Position numbers and translations under genes: made by a program. Positions 26,866-39,025 of a stretch of 64,000 nt of DNA are shown here, in pieces (within the stretch, counting starts at the first letter, position 1; every line of letters begins with the position of its first letter). The stretch is from Octopus sinensis. Its lineage: Eukaryota. The notes under the pieces were generated by a model that searched no databases, had not been told where the DNA came from, and saw only the letters and a list, made by a program, of their open reading frames with translations. The stretch covers positions 87,978,001-88,042,000 of the forward strand of contig NC_043001.1 in assembly GCF_006345805.1 (NCBI RefSeq). The letters are read 5' to 3'.

Positions 26866-27190
26866 AGTGCAGGTATGGCTGTATGGTAAGGAGATTTATT
26901 TCCCAACCTCATAGTATTTGGTTCACATGTATGTATGTGTGTGCATTTGTGTATATATGTATGTATACGTGCGTGTGTGTTCTTGTTTTGACATCACATG
27001 ATTGTGATAAATAAAAGTGATTCATTTCCAAAACTCTGTAAAAACGTGTGGCCATTGGAAAATATTAGCTTACTTTTAAAACAGGAGTAGAGTTGGTGAC
27101 ACGAAGGACATCCAGCCACTGAAAATTTGCTTCATATAAACTTTCTGAGCCATGCAAGCATAGCAAAGTGGATATTAAAACAATTATTAT
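26866..27190 (+). mobile_element. Old SINE with family-A-like head and RTE-derived 3' tail
   Basis: gtgcaggtatggctgtatggtaag head; gaaggacatccagcc...catgcaagcatagcaaagtggatattaaa tail shared with RTE 3' end. Confidence 0.6.
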
Positions 27191-27350
27191 AAAAACACTT
27201 AGATTTAGACTGACCACCCAGCATAATCTGCTGACACAGTTGAATTTGTAAACCATTAAATAATTTTAAAATTTTACTTAGTAATAAACTAGTGTAGATT
27301 TTTATCACCTATTTTCATCCTACCAAATTTGAGGCTTTTATCTATGACCG

Positions 27351-27610
27351 GTGGAGGCGCATGGCTTAGTGGTTCGGGTGTCAGCATCACGATCGTAAGA
27401 TTGTGGTTTCGATTCCTGGACCGGGCGACGCGTTGTGTTCTTGAGCAAAACACTTCATTTCACATTGCTCCAGTCCACTCAGCTGGCAAAAATGAGTAAT
27501 GCTGCGATGGACTGGCATCCCATCCAGCTGGGGAACACATATGCCATTGAAACTGGGAAACTGGGCCCATGAAACTGGCTAGGCTTTAAAAGGGCGCATT
27601 TATTTATTTT
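27351..27610 (+). mobile_element. tRNA-derived SINE (family C head, CORE/V-like body)
   Basis: GTGGAGGCGCATGGCTTAGTGGTT, gtttcgattcct, gttgtgttcttgagcaaaacacttc, ctgcgatggactggcatcccatccag. Confidence 0.85.
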
Positions 27611-28035
27611 ATCTATGACTGAATGAAGGTAGTTGTTTGTAAGACATTGACTGCTAGGTCCTATACATATCAGGTAAAGTATTCCTTGATTACCATATTA
27701 AATAACTCATATCACTTCACTATTTCATCATATGACACACAGCATGTCCTTACCACTTCACTAGACGCCCTCCTCACTCCATACAATATGTCCAGTAGTG
27801 TAACTAAGAGTATGTGTGAGGTGTGGACTGCATAGGGTAGGCCGCTTTATACAAATGCTGCCAAGATCAATTTTACCTTTAATCTTTTCAGGGTTAGTGA
27901 AGTATGTACCAGTTGAGCACTGGGGACACTGTAATCAACTAGCCTCCATCCACAAAAATTTCAGGTCTTGTGCCTATAGAAGAAAGAATTATTATTAATA
28001 TTATAGGTTCTCTGAAATTATTATTATTAGGCGTA

Positions 28036-28273
28036 GGCATAGGAGTGACTGTGTGGTAAGTAGCTTGCTTACCAACCACATGGTTCCGGGTTCAGTTCCA
28101 CTGCATGACATCTTGGGCAAGTGACTTCTACTATAACTTCGCTGTTTGGTAAAAGAGAACGATAGAATAAGTACTAGGCTTACAAAGAGTAAGTGTTGGG
28201 GTCGATTTGCTTGACTAAAGGTGGTGCTCCAGCATGGCTACAGTCAAATGACTGAAACGAGTAAAAGAGAGAG
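28036..28273 (+). mobile_element. SINE family A with internal deletion
   Basis: Head and tail intact; central microsatellite segment missing after actataacttcg. Confidence 0.88.
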
Positions 28274-29542
28274 TAAAATTAAAATAAAGGAAATCATTGA
28301 TATTGATTCTTGAAGCATACCCAATTGAGAAGTAAAGAAGAAAATGACATAACTGTATTTTAGCAAAAATGCAAACTGGACTGAATTATCCCCCACAAGA
28401 ATTACAACAGACACTTCAGGACTTCTAATGAGACTTATGGCACTATTTGCTGCATTTTCAAAAATAATTACTCAGTCAAAGCACAGAAATTGTTAGACTT
28501 ACTGCAGCCTATAGATTTGTGTGCCAGTGTATGGAGCTAAGAAATACAAAAGTGATAAGAGTGATGACAGGAGACAATATGGATCTGTGGCTGGTTGTCA
28601 CTTCTGCATTGCAGTGTAGGTGTATGTTTAAAGTAGGGCTATTGAGAGGTAACATGTGGTCAGGAGGCATCGAAAAGGATTTGCAAGTTTTAATGCTACA
28701 CAAAGGCTACAATACTATTCTGGAATCGTACCAGTAGAAGGTGCTGAGATAAAGGATATGTGATTAATGCCTAGTTGCTATATTTGTCATAGAGAAAATA
28801 ACCTTAGAGCCTCTTCTCTTGAAGAACTACAAAGATTAAGCAAACTAACGAGAAACAAAAGTAATGAAGATAAACTGAGACAGCAAAAAGAACAAGCCTC
28901 AGTTTCCTGAGCACCATTAACCAATACCTAAGGATAACAGAAAAAATCAGTCTAGGAATGAGCAAACAATTTTTCCCAATCTTAACAGTAGCAACAAGTA
29001 ATGCCCATCTATCATCGTATGACAGCAAAGAAGAATTATTTCAGAAGAAAATGTGCTGGTTATCATAGGGAACATTAAAGAAAAAATTTACAAAAATTGC
29101 AAAATCAGCATAAAACAATGAAAACAGTTGAGGACGAACAATTTCTTCAAAACAAAAATGATACGCTTCCTCAGAAAAATAATGAGGTTAATTAAAGGAG
29201 GACAAAGTACTTGAGATTTATCATCCTTAGAATATTAAGCAGACAATTAATCAACAAAATCATGTGTCTATAGTACCAGGGATTTTTCGATGAAGTAAAA
29301 ATAATGCAATTAATTTCAGAATGTAGGCAACATACAAAAGACAGGCTGTTTAGAAAAACCATCTAAAGGTACTATAAAGAATTAATGCCATCTTACTCTC
29401 AAGACATTGGTGTTTTTCAACTACAGCTGATGCAAAAATTCTCATGGGCACTTTTGATACACAAGAAATATCTACAAAAATTGGCTACGAAGGGAAGATA
29501 TAAGGATCTGCTAATCTAACCTAACAAGTAACTTTTTGTTAT

Positions 29543-29876
29543 TCCGTTTTTGGATTTGGTTTGCAAGATTCTCTATGTGAGTTCGTGTGTTGAAGCATAT
29601 TCTGTTGTGTCTGGGGAGAGTCATTTTCTTTTTGTGTCTTATAAGGTAACATACTCACCGGTAAAATTTCCACTTATTTCTTATTTTTATTTTCTTAAAA
29701 TTTTCGTTGCACCTAGCAACCTTTTCAGTCTTGACTCTCTTGACTGTATTGAAAAGGTTGTTAGACGCAACAAAAATTTTAGGAAAATAAAAATAAGAAA
29801 TAAGCGGAAATTTTACCGGTGAGTGTGTTACATTATAAGGCACAAATAGAAAATGACTCTCCCCAGATATAACAAA
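29543..29876. mobile_element. Foldback/palindromic MITE-like element
   Basis: Inverted arms 29603-29727 and 29750-29874; flanked by direct repeat ACTTTTTGTTAT at 29531-29542 and 29877-29888. Confidence 0.8.
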
Positions 29877-29994
29877 ACTTTTTGTTATATTTCCTTTTAA
29901 TTATGTTTTGATTTATTTATGTTTTAAAGTATATTTTAAAATTTTATTTCATGCAAATAATGCTTTTAAAATCTCAATTTGTCCTTTTATATAT

Positions 29995-30180
29995 TGCATA
30001 AGAATAACACTTCCTTCCCCCTCTTTTCCTTGGTACATACAGTCTGTCTGTGTCACTTTTTGGGTGAAGTGACCCATATCTAGTTAGCAACTTCCTTGTC
30101 TTTCTGTCTAAGCTGTTTAGTTTGTCTACTGTCCATGCGATTACCTCTGCTCCATATCTAAGGAGAAGGACCAGTCTCAT
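29995..30180 (-). mobile_element. R4/Dong-type non-LTR retrotransposon fragment next to (TAA)n
   Basis: LRYGAEVIAWTVDKLNSLDRKTRKLLTRYGSLHPKSDTDRLYVPRKRGGR, homologous to 52700-52870; abuts a (TTA)n tract at 30179-30235. Confidence 0.85.
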
Positions 30181-30200
30181 TATTATTATTATTATTATTA

Positions 30201-30236
<36 letters not shown>

Positions 30237-30245
30237 ATTATAGTC

Positions 30246-30550
30246 AAGGCACATGGCTTAGTGGTTTGGATACCTGAATCACAATTGTAAGATCATAAGT
30301 TTGATCCCCAGTGACAGATTGTGTCCTTAAGCCAGAACTTTATTTCACATTGCTCCAGCTCAGTCACCTGGCAAAAATGAATTGTACCTGTATTACAAAA
30401 TGCCAGCCTTGTTTCATTCTGTGTAATGCTGAACCTCCCTGAGAACTATTGTCAAATGCTCAGCCACTTGCATGTTAATTCCATGAGCAGGCTGTTCCAT
30501 CGATTGAATCAATTGGAATCCTCACTGTCATAACCAATGAAGTGCTAGTT
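30246..30550 (+). mobile_element. tRNA-derived SINE (decayed)
   Basis: ggcacatggcttagtggtt head; atttcacattgctccag body as at 27351. Confidence 0.75.
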
Positions 30551-30577
30551 TTTTTAAAATTTTATTATCAGATTGAA

Positions 30578-30720
30578 GGCAGTAAGCAGCTGGAATTGCT
30601 AGCACACTGGACAAAATGCTTAGCAGTATTTTTTTCTGGTTTTATGTTCTCAGTTCAAATACTACTGGAATCAACTTACCCTTTCATCATTTTGAAGTTG
30701 ATGAAATAAGTACCAGTTGT
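30578..30720 (+). mobile_element. SINE family B (decayed)
   Basis: aaatgcttagcagtatt...cagttcaaat...aaataagtaccagtt. Confidence 0.75.
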
Positions 30721-30774
30721 TTCCACCAGTTTACTAGGCATAATTGAATTTATTACATTTGTACACATTTTTTA

Positions 30775-31488
30775 TTGGATACCAAAAATGATCAGTAAAA
30801 TTTGTACTTCTCAGATCTTTAGAACTTCTGGAGCTGTTTATGTTCATTGAAGAGTTGAGGAAGCTTATGATCCTAGATGTGTTGTCTCAACAATCAAATT
30901 TAGATGTGGTAGCATAATAGTTTGGGGTTGCATGTTGTCCTCAGGCCCAGGAATGTTATTCCCTTGTGAGAGCAGAATGAATTCCAACACTTATACCAGC
31001 ATGTTAGACCAAGTTTATCAACCTTCCTTAGGTAAAATTTTCAATGATAACATACCAGATGGAGCAATCTTCCAACAAGACAATGCTCCAGGCCACACAT
31101 CCAGAGTCTCAATGGGTTGGTTTGAGGAGAAAGGAACGAGGTTGATGGAATGACCCCCTTAATCTCCAGACCTCAACCTCGTTGAACATTTGTGGTCACA
31201 CTTGGGCACAAGAGTGAAGGTGCACAAATGTTCTTCAAAAAGTGAATTAACAGCCAAAATTCATGAAGAGTGGCAGAAAACTGAGCCAACCATTTGTGCC
31301 AACTTAGTCTCCAGCACGCAAAAATGCATAAAAGTGGTTATAAAAGCAAAAGGGGGACACATCAAATATTAATTATTGATAGAATGTACTGAAAAATGTT
31401 TAATATTATTATTTCAATTATGAAATAAATGAGTTCCAATCATATTCTCGATTTTATCACACCTGCCCCATAATTTTGGCCAAGACTG
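30775..31488 (+). mobile_element. Tc1-family transposon (DD34E) 3' part with right TIR
   Basis: IVWGCM...FQQDNAPGH-(34 aa)-E in SPDLNLVEHLW, two in-frame stops, GGHIKY* end; terminus ataattttggccaagactg + TA. Confidence 0.9.
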
Positions 31489-31515
31489 TACATTCATATT
31501 ATGTGTGTGTGTGTT

Positions 31516-31576
<61 letters not shown>

Positions 31577-31600
31577 TGTGTGTATATATATATATATATC

Positions 31601-31631
<31 letters not shown>

Positions 31632-31633
31632 CA

Positions 31634-31959
31634 ACTTTTTTTTAAACGATTCATCACTGGTGAAGAAAAATGGATTGTCTACAATAACATCAATCAAAAA
31701 CGATCATGGTCCAAGCATGATGAACCAGCACAAACCACATTGAAACCTGTATTGCATCAAAATAAGGTCATGCTGTTAATTTGATGGGATTACAAAGGTG
31801 TTTTGTATTTTTAACCGCTTCTAAGGAACCAAACGATCAATTCGGATGTTTACTGTCAACAACTAATGAAACTGGAGGAAGCAATCAAAGAAAAGTGGCC
31901 AGAATTGGCAAACTGTAAAGGAATTGTGTTCCACCATGACAACGCTAGACCACACACGT
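31634..31959 (+). mobile_element. mariner transposase fragment
   Basis: RFITGEEKWIVYNN...KVMLLI*WDYKG...VYCQQL...IVFHHDNARPHT. Confidence 0.9.
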
Positions 31960-31961
31960 CC

Positions 31962-32130
31962 AAGGAAAGGCCGATACAGCTTGGCACCCGTGACATCGCA
32001 ACTCATTTCTACAGCTGAGTTAACTGGAGCAACGTGAAATAAAGTGTCTTGCTCAAGAACACAACACGCAGCCCGGTCCGGGATTCGAGCTCACAACCTC
32101 ACGATCGTAAGCTCGACGCTCTAACCACTG
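31962..32130 (-). mobile_element. tRNA-derived SINE 5' part truncating the mariner fragment
   Basis: Reverse strand cagtggttagagcgtcgagcttacgatcgtgaggttgtgagctcgaatcccggacc. Confidence 0.85.
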
Positions 32131-32175
32131 ATATATATAAACATACATTTATATATATTTATACATACATATATA

Positions 32176-32217
<42 letters not shown>

Positions 32218-32235
32218 TATATATATATTATATAT

Positions 32236-32268
<33 letters not shown>

Positions 32269-32273
32269 CATAC

Positions 32274-32320
<47 letters not shown>

Positions 32321-32541
32321 AATAAATTTTAGGGTAGCAAAAAATTCTAGAAAAATTCTCTGCTACCACCAGTCAAGTGAGAAAGAAAAAATAGTCAATA
32401 GACTATATAATATACATTCAAACATATAAGGGATGGCTATGATAGAACATCCGGCACACTAGAAAGAGCAGCTAAACTCCAAACCACTAATAGTTGTAAT
32501 TCTGAAATGGAAAGAGAAATAAAAACGTTTACCCTTTCCTT

Positions 32542-32627
32542 TCTGGACTATGCATAGTTTCAGCAATCTTTTGTAAATAAATTAAATTGAATTAAATTTA
32601 TTTACCACTGGCGTTGCACTCATCAGC

Positions 32628-32630
<3 letters not shown>
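32542..32630 (-). ncRNA. Type I hammerhead ribozyme motif, near-intact
   Basis: Minus strand UCUG-CUGAUGA-G[UGCAA...11-bp hairpin...UUGC]U-GAAA-CUAUGCAUAG-UC-CAGA: full core, GUC cleavage triplet, palindromic stem III, 4-bp stem I. Confidence 0.75.
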
Positions 32631-32723
<93 letters not shown>

Positions 32724-33025
32724 GTGGAGGCGCAATGGCCCAGTCGTTAGGGCAGTGGACTCGCGGTCGTAGGATCACGGTTTTGATTCCCACACCAGGC
32801 GTTGTGATTGTTTATTGAGCGAAAATACCTAAAAGCTCCACGACGCTCCGGCAGGGGGTGGTGATCCCTGCTGTACTCTTTCACCACTCTTTCTCCCACT
32901 CTTTCTTCTGTTGGCCTGCTCGCTTAGCCAGCGGGGTGGCGTCATTCGAAGGCTAAAACAATGCAAACGCATTGTGACCAGCGATGTATAACTACATCTG
33001 ATGGACTGGTCAGTCACGTGATATA
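32724..33025 (+). mobile_element. SINE family C, young
   Basis: GTGGAGGCGCAATGGCCCAGTCGTTAGGGCAGTGGACTCGCGG head, CpG-rich. Confidence 0.9.
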
Positions 33026-33049
33026 TATACATATATATATACATATACA

Positions 33050-33787
33050 TACAAATGAAGCTGGCCTGATCTGCTGGATGTGTAATGTCAGTGTGCATAC
33101 ACGACAGACTGTAAGCGCCCTTAGAGAAAAGTTGGACATAAGAAGCATCAAATGTAGTGTGCAAGACAGACGACTGCGCTGGTATGGTCATGTGTTACAT
33201 ACGGATAAAGATAGCTGTGTGAGAAAGTGTCATTCCCTAACTTTGGAAGGAACCTGTGAAGAGGTAGACCTAGGAAGACATGGGATGAGATGGTGAAGCA
33301 TGACCTTCAAACATTGGACCTCACTGGGGCAATGACAAGAGATCAAAACCTTTGGAGATATGCTGTGACTGAAAAGACTCGGCAACTAAAGTGAGGTCGC
33401 AGCCATGGCCGATGCCAGTGTTGCATGTCCGGCCCATTTAAGAGTACCCTTGAAGCATTGCGTGATATGATATACTTGAGAAGACCTGTTGACTCAAGTA
33501 AAGCCAAAATCGTAGCTGTGGCTAGTGCCCCCTGACTGGCTCTCATTCCGGTGGCACTTAAAATGCATCATCTGAACATGGTCAAGGCTCGCCTGACTGG
33601 CTGTGCTGGTGGCATGTAAAAAGCACCCACTACACTCTTGGAGTGGTTGGCATTAGGATGGGCATCCAGCTGTAGAAACTCTGCCAGATCAGATTGGAGC
33701 CTAGTGCAGCTGCTGACTCTCTAGACTTCAGTCAAACTGTCCAACCCATGCCAGCATGGAAAACGGACGTTAAATGATGATATGATG
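33050..33787 (+). mobile_element. RTE LINE 3' fragment (ORF2 C-terminus + 3' UTR)
   Basis: WMCNVSVHTRQTVSALREKLDIRSIKCSVQDRRLRWYGHV...; ends aaacggacgttaaatgatga. Confidence 0.92.
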
Positions 33788-33871
33788 TATATATATGTGT
33801 GTGTGTGTGTGTGTATACATATATATATATATATATATAATATATATATATATAGATATATATATATATAT

Positions 33872-33924
<53 letters not shown>

Positions 33925-33998
33925 CAGATAGATAGAGAATAACTGTGACAGAAAGAATATTGTTTGTGATAGACAGGGACCAGCAATGATGGAATAAA

Positions 33999-34240
33999 AA
34001 TTACCTGTGTTTGACCAAGGATTAGTTATGATTGACAAGGAATTAGCTGTGACTGACCATGGGCCAATTATAACAGCCCAAGAATTACTTTTGATATATC
34101 ATCTATTACTTATGATAAACTCTGAGTTAGTTCTGACAAACCTAAAGTTATCTGTGATTAATAAGTATTTACCTGCAATATACCTAGAGCTACTTGCATT
34201 AAGGCAAAAGTTACCTGTAATAAATCAATATCTTATCAAA
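33999..34240. repeat. Degenerate 21-bp minisatellite (~11 copies)
   Basis: attacctgtgattgaccagga-like units in register. Confidence 0.7.
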
Positions 34241-34538
34241 TGTCTGTTGGGTAGAGACAAGGTGAAGATCTATCCACATCTCATTTCAACACTATGAAAA
34301 TGAGATATAATTAAGATCACAGCAGTTGAAATGAATCTTTAGGGGATTTGTGCAGAGTCATACAACTGTGTTTAACTAAACCTTTGAATCGACTGCAATA
34401 CTACCAAATGGGAATATTTAATATTTGCTAAAATTTCAGCAGAATCTAATTGAACCTTACGTGGAACAGTATTAACCATATTAACCATTACCCTCCCCAC
34501 TTTAATTGCATCAGGCTGTATCAAATTTTAAAATTAAA

Positions 34539-34597
<59 letters not shown>

Positions 34598-34964
34598 GAA
34601 AAAATAATTAAGCAAAAGAACCAGAAGCTAGTGGTGGGAGGTAGTAGTGAGGTTGTGGTGGGATGTTAGTTTAAATAGTGACATTCAAATCGATCATATA
34701 GTCTCTGGTGGACGACAATGTTCAACAGTTGCATAATTAGTTAATTATTAATTAATTAATTATTCAGCCTTTAATTATGCAGCTGCAGAGGAATAAAATA
34801 ACAAACTAAGAATTCGATCGGTTGACTGATTCATTGATTGATTAATTGACTGAGTAAGAGATTGATTGATTAAGTGAGCGAATGAGTAAATGATTGATAA
34901 AAGTGTGGGATGTGTAGAATCCATTGTAAAAGGTGATGATGGCTTTGGAGACATTGAGGTAAAC

Positions 34965-35330
34965 ATGATGATGATGATGACGGTGGTGGTGGTGGTGGTG
35001 ATGGGAGTGGTGGTGGGGATGGTGGCGGTGGCGGTGGCGGTGGCGGTGGCGGTGGCGGTGGCGGTGGGGATGGTGGCGGTGGCGGTGGGGATGGTGGCGG
35101 TGGGGATGGTGGCGGTGGTGATGATAATGAAGGTGATGGTGACACTGATGATTATGATGAAGGTGAAGGTGATGATGATGATGGCAGTTGTGAAGATGAT
35201 TGTTGTGCTGGTTGATGATGATGGTGACACTGCTGTTGGATGAAAATGAAGATGAAGATGATGAAGATGGTTGAAATGATGATGATGGTTGAGATGGTGA
35301 TGATGGTTGAGATGATGATGATGAAAATAA
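34965..35330. repeat. (GAT/GGT/GGC)n trinucleotide-type tract
   Basis: Direct observation. Confidence 0.9.
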
Positions 35331-35574
35331 CAGACAATGGTGTATTCAGAAGACAAGGGTGGGAGAAGAGACCTCACACACATACCCAGTCTACAACCAC
35401 CTGTCCCCCTTATCATCGCTTATCTCAACCTCTTTCTCCCTATTCTCCTCTTCTAGTCCTAACCTCCTTCTTTAGTTCAGCTTATCATCATCTTCACCCA
35501 CAAAATACAGCTTGACCTCCATCCCTGCTACCCCAATCCATCTCCATCCACCCTCTGTCATTAATCAAGCTCAA

Positions 35575-35673
35575 TGTTACATCATCAAACACTACATCAT
35601 CATCATCTTCATCATCGCCACCACCATCACCATCATCACCACCATCACCACCACCACCATCACCACCACCACC

Positions 35674-35707
<34 letters not shown>

Positions 35708-35720
35708 TCGTCATCATCAA
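35575..35720. repeat. (CAT/CAC)n trinucleotide tract
   Basis: Direct observation. Confidence 0.9.
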
Positions 35721-36314
35721 TCAAGGCAAATACAACATCAATCAAACCAGCCAGACAAATAACCAAAACCTGAGAATTAACACTTCCTATGGGGCCAACC
35801 TATCAATGATATCAAAGATATTATTTTCTTTATTCTTTTATTATTAGATTTGATCATTAGGCTGCAGCAATATATCGTTTATCTTTTATCTTTTACTTGT
35901 TTCAGTCATTGGACTGCAGCCATACTGCAACACCTTGAAGGGTTTTAGTTGAACAAAACAATTTCAGTGCTTTTTTTTTTTAAAGCCTGGTACTTATTCT
36001 GTTTGTCTGTTTTGCTGAACCACTAAGTTTATAGAAATGCAAATAAGCCAACACAGGTTGTCAAGTGATGGGATGGGATTGGCTAGGTGTACAAACACAA
36101 ATTTACACATCAACATTGGGAACACAGTCAAATATTCCTGACAAATCTCTCCACAATTCACAATTTTCCACTGCTCATAGCAACTGCTCCTTACTGAGGT
36201 TTGTATCACCTGAGAGTTGATCAATGAATGTTCAAGCAGGTATTCCCCTACTGCATGTGGGGCCTGAGCAGCTGGTTGGATGGACAACCATGTCAAGGTA
36301 TAGCAACTTCAGAG

Positions 36315-36701
36315 CTCTTTACTCTTTACATTTTTACTTGTTTCAGTCATTTTGACTGTGGCCATGCTGGAGCACCACCTTTAGTCGAGCAAATCGACCC
36401 CAAGACTTATTCTGTGTAAGCCTAGTACTTATTCTATCGGTCTCTTTTGCCGAACCGCATTGGTTGTTAAGTGATGTTGGGGGGACAAAACACAGACACA
36501 CAAACACACACACACACATATATATATATACATATATACGACGGGCTTCTTTCAGTTTCCGTCTACCAAATCCACTCACAAGGCTTTGGTCAGCCTGAGG
36601 CTATAGTAGAAGACACTTGCTCAAAGTGCCATGCCGTGGGACTGAACCTGGGACCATGTGGTTGGTAAGCAGGCTACTTACCACACAGCCACTTCTACAC
36701 C
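36315..36701 (-). mobile_element. SINE family A, full length
   Basis: Reverse complement of the 20760 copy. Confidence 0.92.
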
Positions 36702-37016
36702 TGAACTATCTGTTGCAATATTTTTACTTATTAATTATTTATTTAAATGCTAATTCTTCCTTTAAATTTTCCCTTTTTCTTGTGTACTTGGAGGTATATT
36801 TTAATTTTTGTGTTTTTCCCTAGTCCATAATAGTATCCTGTGTATAACTTCCTGCTTACTTCTCCTGCAATGTCCTGCACATCATGTGCCTTTAGCAATT
36901 GTAGTTATCTCGAGCAAGTTTCCATATAAAATTTCATTTGTAATATCAAGTTGCCAAGGATGAAATTTGTAGAAAAAAAAAAGTTTGCTAATGTTTTATA
37001 AATACAAGGAATAGTT

Positions 37017-38015
37017 TTATTTATCAAAGTATACACCCATATTTTCAATACAATTTTGCCATTTCAGTGGTAGCTTATCTAGCCTGGAACTGTAAAAGCC
37101 TGGCAATCTAGAGTCAATAAAATCTTGGAAGGCCTGTTTTACAGCATTGTCAGAATTAATTTTTTTCCTATCAAAAGGTTATCCAAATTCTAGAAGAAAT
37201 GGTAGTTAATGGGGGCAAGATCAGATAAGTATGGTGGATGATGGAGAACTTCCAACTCCAACTCCTGTAGTTTTGCCAATGTCATTTTTGCGATTTGTAG
37301 TCTGGCATTGTCTTGCAATAAAATAGGAGTGGATCTGTTGACTAATCTAGGCTGTTTTTTAATAAGTTTCTGCATCATTTGGTCCAGTTGGCTGCAGTAT
37401 ACTTCAGTCGTGATTGATGAGCCAGGTTTGATGAAATCATAATGGATCACACCTGCACCAGACCACCAAACACACACCATCAGCTTCTTTTGATGAATTT
37501 TGCAAGTCTTTGTCCAACCATTGTGTTGAACATTTATGGTTGTTGTATTGGATCCATTTCTCATCACATGTTACAATTCAATTCAAAACTGATTCATTTT
37601 TGTGATAAGGAAGTAGCATAACACAGGCTTCCAAACGTTGCTGTTTCTGATTTTCATTGAGTTCATGTGGAACCCAGTTATCCAACATTTTGACTTTACC
37701 AATTTGAACTGGGTGAGTCAATATTGTTTGTTTGCTAACAGCAAACAGCAACAATAATTCATGGGCACTTAGAGCTGAATTTGACTTGACGGTGGCTTTC
37801 AGTTTGTCATTATCCACCTTTTTTTCTGGTTGACTGCATTGCTCATTTGTGAGGTTAAAGTTACCAGAATGAAATTTTGCAAATCAATTTGATACAGTCT
37901 GCTGTGTAATAACATTAGAATGAAATACTCAATTAATATTCCAAGCTGTCTGTGATACTATATTTCCAAGAACGAACTTATATTCCAGAACTGTATGAAT
38001 TTCTGACTTATCCAT
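37017..38015 (-). pseudogene. mariner (DD34D) transposase pseudogene
   Basis: MDKSEIHTVLEY...WVPHELNENQK...IVTCDEKW...LLQDNAR-(34 aa)-N(D)YHFF...GVYFDK*; stops and frameshifts. Confidence 0.9.
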
Positions 38016-38229
38016 CTCTAAAAATATATAGTAAAAAACAATTTATAATTACTTTATAAAGTACATATAAAGTACATATATATGATTTAGAATAGAGAAA
38101 TAGATGTGTTAGCTTTCTAACAAAAAATAAAGATTGTCAAAATATAATAATGGTGCAAAATGAGCAGCTGTCAAAGTTTACCATATACCTTACTACAAAT
38201 TTCATACTTGATGACCTAATACACCAGTT

Positions 38230-38680
38230 TATATTTTGTATAACCCTAAGCATTTTAGTGTATGCACCATCTACTTTCTTCTCAAGTGCTTGTGTCAGGG
38301 GCCATACAACAACACTGACTCAATGGATGTGCTGAAGAATATTTTAATTTTTCTAGATAAATCTGACTTCCATATCCTTTCTGTTTTGTTCATTGCTGCC
38401 CAGGCTTTAGTAATTCTAATGTCAATGTCCATTTTTGATGAACTTATCCAGCTACCTAAATACAGAAAAGTCATCAACTCAGTTTAACAAGATTTCCATA
38501 TTCTTGGTTGAGTGACACATACTTCATTTTGGTAACATGCATAAAACAATTTTCCTGGCAGAAAATTCAACTTTATGAAGAAGTTCTTGAGCTTCATCAA
38601 TGGTATTTGGTAAAAGAGCTATGTCATCTGCAACATCTGTATCACATACATATTTAGCATGGGCGGTCACTAATACAAAC
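38230..38680 (-). mobile_element. Old RTE-like RT fragment
   Basis: VADDIALF...FLYLGSWISSSKMDIDIRITKAWAAMNKTERIWKSDLSRKIKIFF..ESVLLYG. Confidence 0.8.
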
Positions 38681-38681
38681 A

Positions 38682-39025
38682 TCATCATCATCATCATCGT
38701 TTAATGTACGTTTTCCACACTAGCATGGGTTGGACGGTTCGACCGGGGTCTGGGAAGCCAGGGGCTGCACCAGGCTCCAGTGTGATCTGGCAGTGTTTCT
38801 ACAGCTGGATGCCCTTCCTAACACCAACCACTCTGCGAGTGTAGTGGGTGCTTTTTACATGCCACCAGCACAGGTGCCAGCGGAGTCTGGCAGTGGCCAT
38901 GATCGGTTGGTGCTTTTAACGTGCCACCGGCACAGAAGCCAGTCAAGGCGGCGCTGGCATCGGCCACGTTCGAATGGTGCTTTTTATGTGCTACCGGCAC
39001 AGAAGCCAGTCGAGGCGGCGCTTGG
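38682..39025 (-). mobile_element. RTE LINE 3' end
   Basis: (CAT)n cgtttaatgtacgttttcc...ggatgcccttcctaac. Confidence 0.9.

Noticed and set aside
27351-27425. tRNA genes at SINE heads (also 24720, 32724, 52203-52275, 55211)
   Set aside because: A/B boxes present but no complete cloverleaf or acceptor stem; each continues into a SINE body
28503-28536. 34-nt minus-strand exon candidate with GTAAGT donor
   Set aside because: Isolated, not frame-preserving, no homology recognised
28790-29450. A-rich coding-looking stretch, possible LTR element remnant
   Set aside because: All frames broken and no diagnostic motif I could identify with confidence
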